Both the position numbers and the translations under genes were made by a program. Shown piece by piece: positions 12,916 through 24,883 of a stretch of 64,000 bases of DNA (positions are counted from its first letter, which is position 1; each line of letters starts with the position of its first letter). The stretch comes from Squalus acanthias (lineage: Eukaryota). The stretch is from positions 26,288,001 through 26,352,000 of the forward strand of contig CM059440.1 in the NCBI GenBank assembly GCA_030390025.1, read 5' to 3'. The notes beneath the pieces were generated by a model, which was not told the DNA's origin, made no database searches, and saw nothing but the letters and a program-made list of their open reading frames with translations.

Positions 12916-13804
12916 ACATGCCAAGGAGTCTTAAACTGCTACCTCTGCTAGTGACCAAACATAACCACCTGTGCTTCACCCCAGTGTTAAAATCAGCTCA
13001 AAATGCTTTCTGCAGACACAGCCCAAGTTTGGAAGGACAGCAGTGATAGTTGCAGAAAGACATAGTCTGAAATTTCCACACTTCCACTTTCATGTATTAC
13101 TGAAGTCCTTGTGAGAACACCAATTCTTGGCAATTGAGATCTTACTAAGCAGGCAGTGTACTCTGATCATTCATGGTTGTACATTCTTGTGGAATATCAC
13201 AATCTGTAAAAGTGCTCCGATAGGTGTTAACTCCTTGCAGGAGTATAGTTCCATGACTGGTGTTCAACCTCCAATAGAGTCTGCAGGCTAATTAACTAGT
13301 ATCCCAATCTGTGAAACTGTTCTGTGAATAGCAGAGTGCTGGGTAAGGACTGCTGTACAGGTGAGTCAGGGATCTGATAGATGCACTGCTCACATTGTAA
13401 AATGATGGGGTTTGGGATAGTTGAGGCTGAGACAGAGAACTTGTTTATGGATTTGAGATTGGGTACGATTTCAATCAGTTCATGTCGGGCAATCTCACAA
13501 TTATACGGTAGGACATTCCACAGGAGATAAAGCCTGGCACCACATGTCTTTATTTTGTGTATAACTGACCTTTGTTTTGCCTCCATTTTCTCTTGCTTTT
13601 CTTTCCATTATATATGATTCCTAATCATAGTGAGAGAAAGTGTAAATCAGATCAAAATCAAATTAACATGTAAACTTGTGATTAGCTGATAAGGTTATGG
13701 TAAGAAGTCCCCTGCTAGTTTTAATTTTATTTGTAATAAAATTGGGAAAGCTAAGTATTGCTATATAGAAAAACTCCTCTGGTGAATAAATACACCACGT
13801 GGTG

Positions 13805-14150
13805 CTGAGCCTTCAAGAATATATTCAGTCGATAAGCTGTGCTGAATTAGTTGATTTCAACCAGGGCACCAGCTAAGGGTGCTATAATTATTTTCAGTAT
13901 CTCTGGGTGGAGAGGCATGGAAATCACCCAGCGCTTCCACTTTTGATTGCTATCCAGTAGTCACTGGTGGAAAGCGAGTCAGGGGAGGATTGGGCTTGGC
14001 TGTGACGCATTCTGTTGTTGAATAGCATGTGGACTCTTGCTGCCTAATCTCACGTGAAGAATGGCCTCTTGGGCAATAAACCAGAGGGCTAGCTGTGCCC
14101 ATGGAACTGTACGCCAGCAACTCTTGGTGCCTTCAGGAGAGGAGGAAAAA
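13805..14150 (+). mobile_element. SINE family B
   Basis: ctgtgctgaattag...gattgctatccagt...gggcttggctgtga...gaagaatggcc...ccttcaggagaggagg. Confidence 0.6.
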
Positions 14151-14479
14151 AACTAAGAGCAGTAAGAGTTGTTCAGCAACTCTCCCTGTTTATAGTGATC
14201 TTTCAGTCCAAGAGCAAGCACACAACTAATCAGGGTTAACCAGTCTCCAAGTTGCAAATTGAGAACCATTGCTGCATTACCATATGGATTACATCACACC
14301 CTTAATGTAACTATGTTTTTATTCTCCAATATATTTTGTCTTTAGGCCAGGATTTCAAATTAAATTTACACCTCAGTGACTTAACTTGTCTCATGTTGCA
14401 ATTTAAATTTCAGAAAACATATGCAAAATGCACTTTGATAAATCTGATTTTGGCAGGCATCATTCCACTGGAATCTTGC

Positions 14480-14910
14480 TTTCCAAATTGTTGCCCCTCT
14501 CCTGAAGGAAGGTGACTCTTGTTGGGTTACGGGTTCTATGGGCGACTGCAGCCCTCGAGCACCTCACCCAAGTCGCCATTATTTATGTGGAAGCCCGGAC
14601 CGTGAATTTCAGCAGCCTACTTAACCATGGAGGAGGACACTACATCTGAGCCCAGTCCTGTTCTTCCCTTAAGGCCATCCACAAATATTGCCGCAGGAGT
14701 TGTTGGGACAGCAATCGGGAGTGGGAATCTTGGTAGATTTATTTTTTCTCCCTTCCCAAGTCAGGAGGTAGAGGAGGGGAGGGCTGAGGCCAGATGTAAT
14801 AACCCAGTGGGTGCTCCAGTGAGGATCAGCTACCTCAGGACAGATTGGCAACTCAAAGTGGAAGCTTCTGGTCTATATGGCTTAGCGCTACACCGTGTCT
14901 TTTACCCACT
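14480..14910 (-). mobile_element. SINE family B, inverted relative to the 13805 copy
   Basis: cctctcctgaagg...cccaagtcgccatt...gagcccagtcctg...ttctggtctatatggc. Confidence 0.55.
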
Positions 14911-15103
14911 AGCCTGTCGGAAGGAGGATCATCTAGATTTCTATCGACTGGAAGTTGGTATAACAACCAAAATAACTCAGTCCTTCAGTTAGCAGTCTGT
15001 TCTTTGGAATCATTTTACTAATTCTACAAAGGCAAGAAAATAATTATGGGAGAGAGAGAGGAAGGGCACTGATGCTCCACATTCAGTGCAAGGAGGCTAA
15101 ACA

Positions 15104-17312
15104 TTTTTTTTTATTCGTTTATGGGATCAGGGCGTCGCTGGCAATGCCAGCATTTATTGTCCATCCCTAGTTGCCCTTGAGAAGGTGGTGGTGAGCCACC
15201 TTCTTGAACCACTGCAGTCCGTGTGGTGATGGTACTCCCACAGTGCTGTTAGGGAGGGAGTTCCAGGATTTTGACCCAGCGACGATGAAGAATCGGCGAT
15301 ATACTTCTAAGTCAGGATGGTGTGTGACTTGGAGGGGAACTTGCAGGTGGTGGTGTTCCCATGCGCCTGCTGCCCTTGTCCTTCTAGGTGGAAGAGGTCG
15401 TGGGTTTGGGAGGTGCTGCCGAAGAAGCCTTGGCGAGTTGCTGCAGTGCATCTTGTAGATGGTACACACTGCAGCCACGGTACGCCGGTGGAGGAGGGAG
15501 TGAATGTTTAAGGTGGTGGATGGGGTGCCAATCAAGCGGGCTGCTTTGTCCTGGATGGTGTCGAGCTTCTTGTGTTGTTGGAGCTGCACTCATCCAGGCA
15601 AGTGGAGAGTATTCCATCACACTCCTTACTTGTGCCTTGTAGATGATGGAAAGGCTTTGAGAAGTCAGGAGGTGAGACACTCGCCTCTGACCTGCTCTTG
15701 TTGCCACAGTATTTAGGTGGCTGTTAAGTCCAGTTAAGTTTCTGGTTAATGGTGACCCCCAGGATGTTGATAGTGGGGGATTCGGCCATGGTAATGCCAT
15801 TGAATGTCAAGGGGAGGTGGTTAGACTCTCGCTTGTTGGAGATAGTCATTGCCTGGCACTTCTGTGGCGCGAATGTTACCAGCCACTTATCAGCCCAAGC
15901 CTGAGCGTCATCCAGGTCTTGTTGCATGCGGGCATGGACTGCTTCATTATCTGTGGAGTTGAAAATGGCGCTGAACACTGTGCAGTCGTCAGCGAACATC
16001 CCCATTTCTGACCTTATGTTGGAGGGAAGGTCATTGATGGTTGGGCCTAGGACACTGCCCTGAGGAACTCCTGCAGCGATGTCCTGGGGCTGTGATGATT
16101 GACCACCAACCACCACAACCATCTTCCTTTGTGCTCGGTATGACTCCAGCCAGTGGAGAGTTTTCCCCCTGATTCCCGTTGACTTCAGTTTTACTGGGGC
16201 TCCTTGATGCCACACTCGGTCAAATGCTGCCTTGATGTCAAGGGCAGTCACTCTCACCTCACCTCTGGAATTCAGCTCCTTTATCCATGTTTGGACCAAA
16301 GCTGTAATGAGGTCTGGAGCCGAGTGGTCTTGGCGGAACCCAAAATGGGCATCAGTGAACAGGTTATTGGTGAGTAAGTGCCGCTTGATAGCACTGTCGA
16401 TGACACCTTCCATCACTTTGCTGATGATTGAGAGTAGACTGATGGGACGGTAATTGGCCGGGTTGGATTTGTCCTGCTTTTTGTGGACAGGACATACCTG
16501 GGCAGTTTTCCACATTGTCGGATAGATGCCAGTGTTGTAGCTGTACTGGAACAGCTTGGCTAGAGGCGCGGCTAGTTCTGGAGCACAAGTCTTCAGCACG
16601 ATAGCCGGGATGTTGTCGGGTCCCATAGCCTTTGTTGTATCCAGTGCGCTCAGCTGTTTCTTGATATCACGTGGAGTGAATCGAATTGGCTGAAGAATGG
16701 CTTCTGTGATGGTGGGGACCTCAGGAGTAAGCCGATATGGATCATCCACTCGGCACTTCTGGCTGAAGTTGGTTGCAAACGCTTCAGCCTTGTCTTTTGC
16801 ACCCACATGCTGGGCTCCACCATCATTGAGGATGGGGATACTCATGGAGCCGCCTCCTCCCGTTAGTTGTTTAATGGTCCACCATCATTCACGACTGGAT
16901 GTGGCAGGACTGCAGAGCTTTGATCTGATCCATTGATTGTGGGATCGCTTAGCTTTGTCTATAGCATGCTGCTTCCGCTTTTTAGCATGCATGTAGTCCT
17001 GTGTTGCAGCTTCCCCAGGTTGACACCTCATTTTTAAGGTACGCCTGGTGCTGCTCCTGGCATGCTCTTCTACGCTCGTTGTTGAACCAGGGTTGGTCCC
17101 CTGGCTTGGTGGTAATGGTAGAGTGAGGGGTGTGCCGGGCCATGAGGTTACAGATTGTGGTGGAATACAATTCTGCTGCTGCTGATGGCCCACAGCGCCT
17201 CATGGATGCCTAGTTTTGAGCTGCTCGATCTGTTCTGAATCTATCCCATTTAGCACGGCGGTCGTTCCACACAACACGATGGAGGGTGTCCTCAGTGTCA
17301 AGACGGGACTTC
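15104..17312 (-). mobile_element. 5'-truncated poly(A)-tailed APE-RT LINE (CR1/L2 group), ORF disrupted
   Basis: RT frame 15724-16845 with NYRPISLL, LDIKAAFD, GVPQGSVLGP and FADD; AATAAA plus poly(A) tail at the 15104 end; same family as 57708-59934. Confidence 0.9.
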
Positions 17313-17779
17313 GTGAGCTGCAATTGTGGCAACGTCCCACTCAGTTTCAAAAATATCCTACCACTCCTTTGAAGCGTGATGAGCCAATGAGATTGTACGC
17401 AACTGATTAAAGAGTAAGGAATCCCCGTGCTAAAAACAGCACAATAAAATAACTCCTCTGCGGTGAGACTGCTGGTGTTTTCCTCGATGTAACACCACAC
17501 CCCTTAGAATAAAGGTGTGTGTGTGACAGAGAATGCTGCACTGTTCTGCTTTGCATAGTTTATCAGCACTTGACGATTGATGACTAGAGAAGTTAGCAGT
17601 AGAATTAACCCTGTACTAGACTAGGGTTGCATCGTGATTGTATATTTTATACCCAGGTATTAGTCAAGTGCAACAATTGCAGATTTTATGATGCACGCAT
17701 GGAGTCCTCCCGATTCCATAACAGGCAGTTGGGGTCTTGATTTGATGGCACCTCCAACAATGTTGCACTCCCTCTGTAC

Positions 17780-17924
17780 CAATGTTCCCCCTAAGATGCA
17801 CGGCCACGCAGCAATCGGGAGGTCCCACGCAGGCCCCTTACAAGCTAGAAGAGATACGACACATGCGCGGCTGCGCAGCAAATTTAAAGGGACTGCGTAC
17901 AAAAAAAAAATAGAGGGAACATTG
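17780..17924. mobile_element. hAT-type MITE (145 bp)
   Basis: TIRs caatgttccccctaa / tagagggaacattg; exact 8-bp TSD ctctgtac at 17772-17779 and 17925-17932. Confidence 0.9.
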
Positions 17925-19143
17925 CTCTGTACTGCTTTGGAATGTTGACTTGGGTTATGGGCTTAAGTCTTGGAGTGGGCTTGAACCCACTACTTTTTGA
18001 CTCAGGTGACTGAGCCACGGTGGTGTTAATAGTTCGGTAGTGGTCGTATTGTTACTGGGATTTCAGTAAGTGGTAGGTGTATAGTTTTTGTTCTATATCT
18101 GCTTGAACTGTGCAAAACACCCAGTATTACAATAGTAGGTTTTCTTCCGAAAATGGTTTGTGTCTGGAGGGAGTATCTTGAGCTGTGTAACGCTAGGGTG
18201 ATGTACTGGTGGTTAGTCTTATCACTTGGGATGGCAGTGGTGAAAGTAGTGGAGGCAGTGAATTAATATTATTACACATGAAGCATATTGACACAGCATT
18301 GAAGCAGGCATGGCTTTGTGCAATTTTTGTTGTTTATTGGTGCCGGTGAGGACGAGACTGCATTGTTTTTTCCCCCTGGGGATGCAGTCTGAAACACAAA
18401 CACCTTGTAGCTGTGCTGCAGTCAGGCGCTGGCCAAACTGGACCAACACCAGTTTCTGTTGTAAAAGGCGCATGGCGATGGTTTTGTTTGTTGTGGTCCT
18501 AGTTATGGAGTAGACTTAGGCATTGCACTCCACTTTGGGATTTTAGATATAACCAGGGTATAGGTATCCTGTATGAGTCTGTAATTTTGTATAAAGAGTA
18601 TGAATGGAGCGAGATTTGGCCCATTAGTATGCATTAGTGTATTGGAGTCAATGGAGAACTATTTTCAGCAGAATATATGGGTCTGAACAAATCGATGCTT
18701 GCAGTTTATACTACAAGCATCGACTTGCTCATCAGTTGATGCTTATTTTTCTGCTTGTATGTATGTAGGTTACACATGTCTATGTAAAGACACATTCTGG
18801 TCATTCTTCTCAAAGCTGCACAGAAGCTTGCTTAGATTAAGAAAAGTTGCTTTTACATTGCAGCACTGGTTTAAGAAGAGAGATGCTGTAGTGGCCTTCT
18901 AACACCACACTCCTGTTACATTTCCACCTAGTGCCATTCTCATTCAAGTGGTGGACAGAGTTGTAGCTGACAAATCAGTTCATGAGGCTTGTGCAAAAGT
19001 GGGCCTCCATAGCCACTCAGCAAGGCAAGCCAGCCGGTTTATAATTCTAACTGCAGTGCGTTGGTCATCGGTTGCAAACAGCATCATAAGGTTTACATTA
19101 AGCTCTTGTTAAAGTCTCAATGATGAACTCTTTGGTTGTGCAG

Positions 19144-19272
19144 GTAACACTATATAATACGGATCAGGATGGAAGTGATAGCCCTCGCAGCAGCCTTAAC
19201 AACAGCCTGTCTGACACGAGTCTAGCCTCTGTCAGCCTGAATAATGTCGGCTCTGTCCACAACTACGCACAG
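19144..19272 (+). CDS. FOXJ3: FOXJ3 coding exon
   Basis: gtgcag|...|gtaagt; [43 protein letters not shown]; 129 nt. Confidence 0.95.
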
Positions 19273-19526
19273 GTAAGTTCATGATCTTGGGCAAACCTGT
19301 TTGTTAAATATTTACTTTGTATACTCACTGGTTCTAAGTAGTTATAGCACTGAACCATTAGTATCCTGTTGAATCTGGCAGTCAAATTTCATGTTAAAAA
19401 TGGGTTCTTGTTATTTCTTTTAGAATTAAACCATAGAAAATAATTTGGAATAATTTTAACTTCTGTTTTATTCTGATGTTTGTGAAAGAAATTAATGGTG
19501 CAGTCTGATATCTAGAATATGAATGA

Positions 19527-19722
19527 GAATGGAACGCGCTACCACATGGAGTGGTCGAGGTGAATAGCATTGATGCATTTAAGTACATGAGGAGGAAGGA
19601 ATTGAAGGATATGTTGATAAAAGTGAGGTGGAGTACGGTGGGAGGAGGCTCGTGTGGAGCATAAACACCAGCACAGACCGGTTGGGCCGGATGGCCTGTT
19701 TCTGTGCTGTAAATGCTCTGTC
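19527..19722 (+). mobile_element. CR1 LINE 3' end fragment
   Basis: tggaacgcgctacca...gcatttaag...gggccggatggcctgtttctgtgctgta; an inverted relative lies at 55140-55328. Confidence 0.75.
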
Positions 19723-19886
19723 ATTTTAGGAATGGTGTGATGTAGTTACTGAGCCCTGAAATGCAGTTTCAGCTGAAACAAGAGCTATATCTTTTTTTTT
19801 TAAACTAAAATAATTGAAAACAGAAGACTCAAAGTTAGAACACGTGGTATAAGTAAGCAAAACCATAAGGAAATGAGAACAGTTGC

Positions 19887-20027
19887 CAGCAGGTCAGTCA
19901 GCATCTGGAAGGGAAAAGACGGGTGAACATCATAGGTGGGACTCTTGTCAGGACTGAGTTCTGATAAAAGATCCCCCCCAAAACCTTAACCAATGTTTTC
20001 TCTTTCAGATTGCAGGCAGACCTGCTG
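19887..20027. repeat. Imperfect palindrome of two head-to-head Penelope terminal (hammerhead-region) segments
   Basis: Left arm cagcaggtcagtcagcatctggaagggaaaa pairs with right arm ttttctctttcagattgcaggcagacctgctg; axis near 19956 (tcaggact/agttctga). Confidence 0.7.
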
Positions 20028-20261
20028 TGCACTTCTGTTTTTGAATCTGGTAGTGGTTTGCAGAGAAGTTAAGCACTTCTTGATACTTGAGTACAGTCTC
20101 ATGGTTGGCTTACAAGATCTGATATCACTTGGTGTTCAATTCCTCAGCTACCCACCATCCCCCCTTCCCCACCCCTATATATAGACGTGCTGTCTTTGAA
20201 TTTTCAATTGATGTACCACTTCCTAGTCTCGACATTGAGGTGTGTGTTTCCATTTGTACAG

Positions 20262-20439
20262 GTGACAAACCGGGCTGATTCAGTCTCCCAGAGTCTAACA
20301 CCACAACAACAACAGCAACAATACAACATGCCCGAGAGGGACACTAAACCACCCTTCTCAGAATACAACTTTGAAGATCTGAGTGCCTCCTTCCGTAGCC
20401 TTTACAAATCGGTCTTTGAGCAGTCTCTCAGCCAGCAGG
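20262..20439 (+). CDS. FOXJ3: FOXJ3 coding exon
   Basis: gtacag|...|gtgagt; [27 protein letters not shown]...[23 protein letters not shown](G); 178 nt, phase 0/1. Confidence 0.96.
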
Positions 20440-21679
20440 GTGAGTGTGTACTCAGTGTCCCACGTGCTGTGTTTCACATGTTTTCTAACTAAATACTGGT
20501 TTCATACTATTCCAATTACATTGAGGTTTTTTTCTATGTTGGATTGTGGTAACGCTAACATTTGAAAAACCTTTTAACCCAAAGCTGATTTGTGATTATT
20601 TAATATTTTCTTTGTATTTTACATGGCTTGAAAGTATTACCTTGGGTGTTATTTTCTTCCTATTTATAATTGAAAAAAGTGTAGAGTATTTGGAAGAGAG
20701 GGAGGGTTAATGTCCCATCCTGATTGATCAGGAATATGGGTTTGTGTTGCGAGAAACGGATCTACATTTGTTCAGATCTGCGTCCAAATCCAGGGCCTGT
20801 AGTTCTTTCTGTAGCAATGGTACTCAATGCACTTGGGGAATGTTTGTGTCCTGTCTCGCATTTACCCCATACCCTTGGCAGACCAGCCTCATACATCTCT
20901 GGGCCTCTTCACAGCTTATCCTGCTGCTGACTGAGCTGGATTCAATGCTGTTTCCTCTCCTTTTCTTGCTCTCCTACAAAGGAAGAAAAGGAATGCTATT
21001 GGGAGCCAGGTGGTTATTCATACGGCAAATGTAAGGATGCTATTAATAGAACTGTTCAGTGGAACTGTTGGTCCCGCAGTATTTTTTCTTCCTGTGGGAA
21101 AGTGCCAGCTCTTGGTAACTGGCCACGGTAACATGATTGAAATCAGGAGCTCACTGTGTGGGGAAATGCAGGCACAAATGCATGTCACACCACTCCTGAT
21201 TCAGCATAAAACAGCACTCGAGCATGACCCTCGAGCAAAATAGTTAGGATTGTGGCACAGGGTAACAAGTTAGTAATGCTGTGCTGTAGCATGTGAGTGA
21301 ATCTTAAGATTACAGTCTTTGATAGCAAGGGAAGTCTTTAAACACTACCAATTGTGTTACGTGTCCGAAGTGCTCACAAGATGGTTATCTGCCCTGATAG
21401 TGTGGTCATGTGTATCCATGGTTTATTTTCCAGTATTTATCATGTTGTGCAATGTGTATCTCTTTGTAAACCGTTTCAATGACATTTATCCTATGCACTT
21501 CATATTAGTTCCAAAATCCAGTCTCCATTGCAATTTACAAAGGACTTGTCATTTCCAATTTAAGATTAACCATGGCTTTGCTTTGAAGTTGATGAACTCT
21601 GACATTGGTTATACAGCACGTGTACATAATCTTTTTCTTGTAAATTGAGATCAATTATATGCTAGAATACAGTATTCCT

Positions 21680-21815
21680 CCAAACTGTCCTTTCCTGTCC
21701 CTCCTAACCTCCCAATACGCCATCCTACACGCCCTATGTCCCAACTGTTCATATCAAGACTCAACACACTACGCTACTCTACCTCATTTCTTCCCAGGAC
21801 CTTAAACCTGTGGAC
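21680..21815 (+). mobile_element. Ancient LINE ORF2 C-terminal remnant
   Basis: One frame reads ...SRLNTLRYSTSFLPRTLNLW, resembling the SF.PRT..LWN motif of CR1/L2-group LINE C-termini. Confidence 0.4.
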
Positions 21816-22060
21816 CTTCTGAACGCCTTGACTTCCCCGTCTCCTATAATATGGGGGCTTTTAAACCATAAGCCTAGACTACTACTTGATTTATCTAATC
21901 TTTTTTTCATCTTGAAATGTCCTGCACGATGGGCCTTGGCCATTCACCTGGGTTTTTCAGTAACAAAAGATGTTTATAGACTAGTGAGTTAGTGTTCATG
22001 TCTATGATTACTGACCAGAGAATAGTCCATTACTTTCAAAACAATGGAGATTCATTTAGT

Positions 22061-22279
22061 CAGTAGCATAATACTACATCCACCCCATCACAGACCATCC
22101 CTTTGTCCTTCCCTCCCCTACCCCCTTTCCCTGCCTCTGCACCTGGTTAAAATCTGTTACATCTCTTAACTTTTTCCAGTTCTGACGAAGGATCACAGAC
22201 CTGAAACGTTAACTCTGTTGCTCTTTCCACAGATGCTACCTGACCTGCTGAATATTTCCAGCATTTTCTGTTTTTATTT
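22061..22279 (+). mobile_element. Short Penelope-like terminal-repeat insertion with TSD
   Basis: Matches the reverse complement of the PLE terminal segment near 60850-61060; 14-bp direct repeat gagattcatttagt at 22047-22060 and 22280-22293. Confidence 0.85.
22178..22214 (+). ncRNA. Minimal type I hammerhead ribozyme motif, sense to FOXJ3 pre-mRNA
   Basis: agtt-CTGACGA-aggatc aca gacct-GAAA-cgtt-aact: stem I agtt/aact, bulged stem II, palindromic ACGT in place of stem III. Confidence 0.7.
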
Positions 22280-22376
22280 GAGATTCATTTAGTGTTTATT
22301 GATACTTAACACGACTAATGGTTTTTACACAAATAATTTACTGTTTTGATATTCAACCCCCTTTTTCTTTTTTTAG

Positions 22377-22682
22377 GAATGATCAACCTGCCTTCTGAGG
22401 CATCACAGCCAACCCACACGTCCTGTTCCTACCAGCATTCTCCCAGCAGTACTGTCAGCACCCACCCGCACAGCGGACAGAACAGCCTGGCCAACAGCCA
22501 CGCCAGCAGCCTCGGAGGCGGTGGGGGAGGGACGCAGGTGCAACTGGCGCCACATCAGATCCACGCACAACACACTCACCACCAGCACCATCAGCACCAA
22601 CATCCGCAGCACCAGCCAAACCAGCAACACCATCAGCAGCACCACCATCATCAACAGCAACAACACATGGCCTGCAATATCG
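22377..22682 (+). CDS. FOXJ3: FOXJ3 coding exon (His/Gln-rich region)
   Basis: ttttag|...|gtaaga; (G)[32 protein letters not shown]...HMACNI(G); 306 nt, phase 1/1. Confidence 0.95.
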
Positions 22683-23054
22683 GTAAGACGAGTTTACTCT
22701 CTCTTTGCACTGTAGTTTCAGAATTCTCTTGATTATTCATTGTTTTTAGAGGATGCTAGGGGTATTCATGTGTCACAAATATTGAAGTATGTAAAAGCGT
22801 CAGAAATCTTCTCTTTCTCTCCCCCCCCCCCCTCCCGCCACCCATTTCCTGCCCTCCCCTCCTGAAAGCGTGACTGTTCCTGGAGATTTTTAAAAAAGCA
22901 GTAAATGCTGGATATCTAATGGACGTGCTATGTAATTCCAGCAGTTTTTGACTGACCCTGGAGTGTAGTTACACCAGCCCTCCATAACTCACCAGGTGAC
23001 AGCCTTGGCTCAGTGGTAGCACTCGTGCCTCTGAGTCAGAAAGTCTAACTGAGG

Positions 23055-23340
23055 GATACTCAAAGACTGAGCTGAGCCTGATCCTGTCCTTGCCACATGC
23101 ACTTTCCCAGAAACCCTGACTGACTCTCTTTTTCTCTTCCTTTCCTCCCCCTGCCCCCCCCCCCCCCCCCCCCCCCAAATCTAGCCAGGGACACTGACCC
23201 CAATTTGTAGCATTGCTAATGCCAGCCAGCTCAGAGCAGCATACTCAACACAGACTGGGGAAGACTCCTGTGACCTTTCTGTTCTGTGTGGCTCACAACC
23301 ACACTGGCTGGCACCTTTACCTACAGAGTCATTCAGGGGG
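23055..23340 (-). mobile_element. SINE family B with expanded poly-C, preceded by a Deu-SINE head (~22995-23050, +)
   Basis: gagcctgatcctgtcc...aaccctgactga...aatttgtagc...ctcaacacagactggg. Confidence 0.5.
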
Positions 23341-24287
23341 TACAATTTTGAATTGAACTGTGGTGAAAACTGGAATTGGCACCATTGTTAAACCAGAATG
23401 CACTTAGACCATTACATTGAGAGATGTAAAACTGACAGGATTGCCAATGGGCAAGTGACTACATTCTACCCCATTGTTCTTTATGTACCCAGAGCTGCTT
23501 TATATGTAGGCTATACACACTTCTGTTAGCAAACATCTTTGTGTCTGTGTAAGGTATAGGATGTAAAATTTCAATTTTTACAGTGATCGTGGCCCAGTAG
23601 ATTTAGTGCTCCTCAATGACCTCACTTAGTCACCAATACTACTAGGCATGGTTTAGTGAATATTATTTCAGGTCCTGCTACAATCAAATGCACCATGCTG
23701 TAGGTGTCAGACAAAGGCCTCTAATATCAAGGACTAAATCCAGTTGTACAAATGTTATGGATTAGAAGTAGTTTCAGCATTAACCAAGCATGTCAGCATG
23801 TTTCCGAATTAAGTGGCTGCATAGTTACTGACTCTGTGATACTCTTATTGTACATCAGTGCTGTCACTAGTTTTGGTGTATCATAATCGGCATATAAAAT
23901 TTACGTACTACAATCACTACTAAAAAATTGCCCAGTAGTGCAATTCTATATTCTGCCCTTTCAAACTTGGGTTGTGTCTGGCGAGTGCTTTTTGAGCTGT
24001 ATAATACTTGGGTGAAGTACTGATGGTTATTAGTCCATCACTGGAGTTGGGACTAGTGAACCAATTTGAGGCTCGAATTAAGAGGATCACAGAAGAAGAG
24101 TATTGCACAACGTTAAAGTATGGTGACCTAGATGAAAATGTATTTTCCTTATGGCTAAAAAAGGCTTTTGATAGGATTGTCTATATATCAGTACAGGAGT
24201 GGTTTATACTAAGATTTTTCAGCTGTAACCTCATTAATGGCAACTCTTTAAAAACTCTGAATATATCATATCTATTATGCTGAGGAG

Positions 24288-24722
24288 CGTGTCAGCTGGC
24301 TTAGATGGTGGTACTCTTAGCTCTGAAGGTTGTGGGTTCAAGCTCCACTCCAGAACTTAAGCACAAAATCTAGACTGACACTTCAGCGCAGTACCATGTA
24401 AGGTGCTGAATTGTTGGAGTTGTGGTCTTTCTGACTTTTAAAAAGAGGTTAAGTGTCTGTTTGGGTGAACGTAAAAAGTTCCTTTGGCACTGTTTGAAGA
24501 AGAGCAGGAATTTATCCTGTGCCCTGGCCAACATTCTTCCCTCAACCAACTCCACAGAAAACAATTTAAATCGTCATTCATCTCATTTATTGTTTGTGAA
24601 ACCTTATGCACGAATTGGTTGCCGCATTGTCTGCATAGCACAGTGACTGTACTTCAGGAAGTAAATGTTTGGATGTGAAGTATTTTGGAATGTTGACATA
24701 AGGTGCTATATAAATGTAAGTT
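24288..24722 (+). mobile_element. Deu-domain SINE (SacSINE1-like)
   Basis: Collinear with 86-527; B-box GGTTCAAGCTCC; tail aaggtgctatataaatgtaag. Confidence 0.72.
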
Positions 24723-24883
24723 TTTTCTAATTCAGATGTACAGCATAGTGGATCTGTGCAAGTTGATATGTAGGATACACTGAATACCTGGCAACAAATT
24801 AGGTTGTAAATAAATAGAGGGTTTGAAACAAAAGCTACATATGAACCTCTGGGATTAAAAATAAAAGGATATGTGTTATATAT

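Noticed and set aside
19957-19990. Active hammerhead in the 19887 palindrome
   Set aside because: The core is mutated (CTGATAA, no GAAA, stem II lost), so it is listed only as a relic
20187-22732. ORFs 20187-20492 and 22346-22732 as stand-alone genes
   Set aside because: They are FOXJ3 exons read through into intron sequence; the splice sites define the true boundaries
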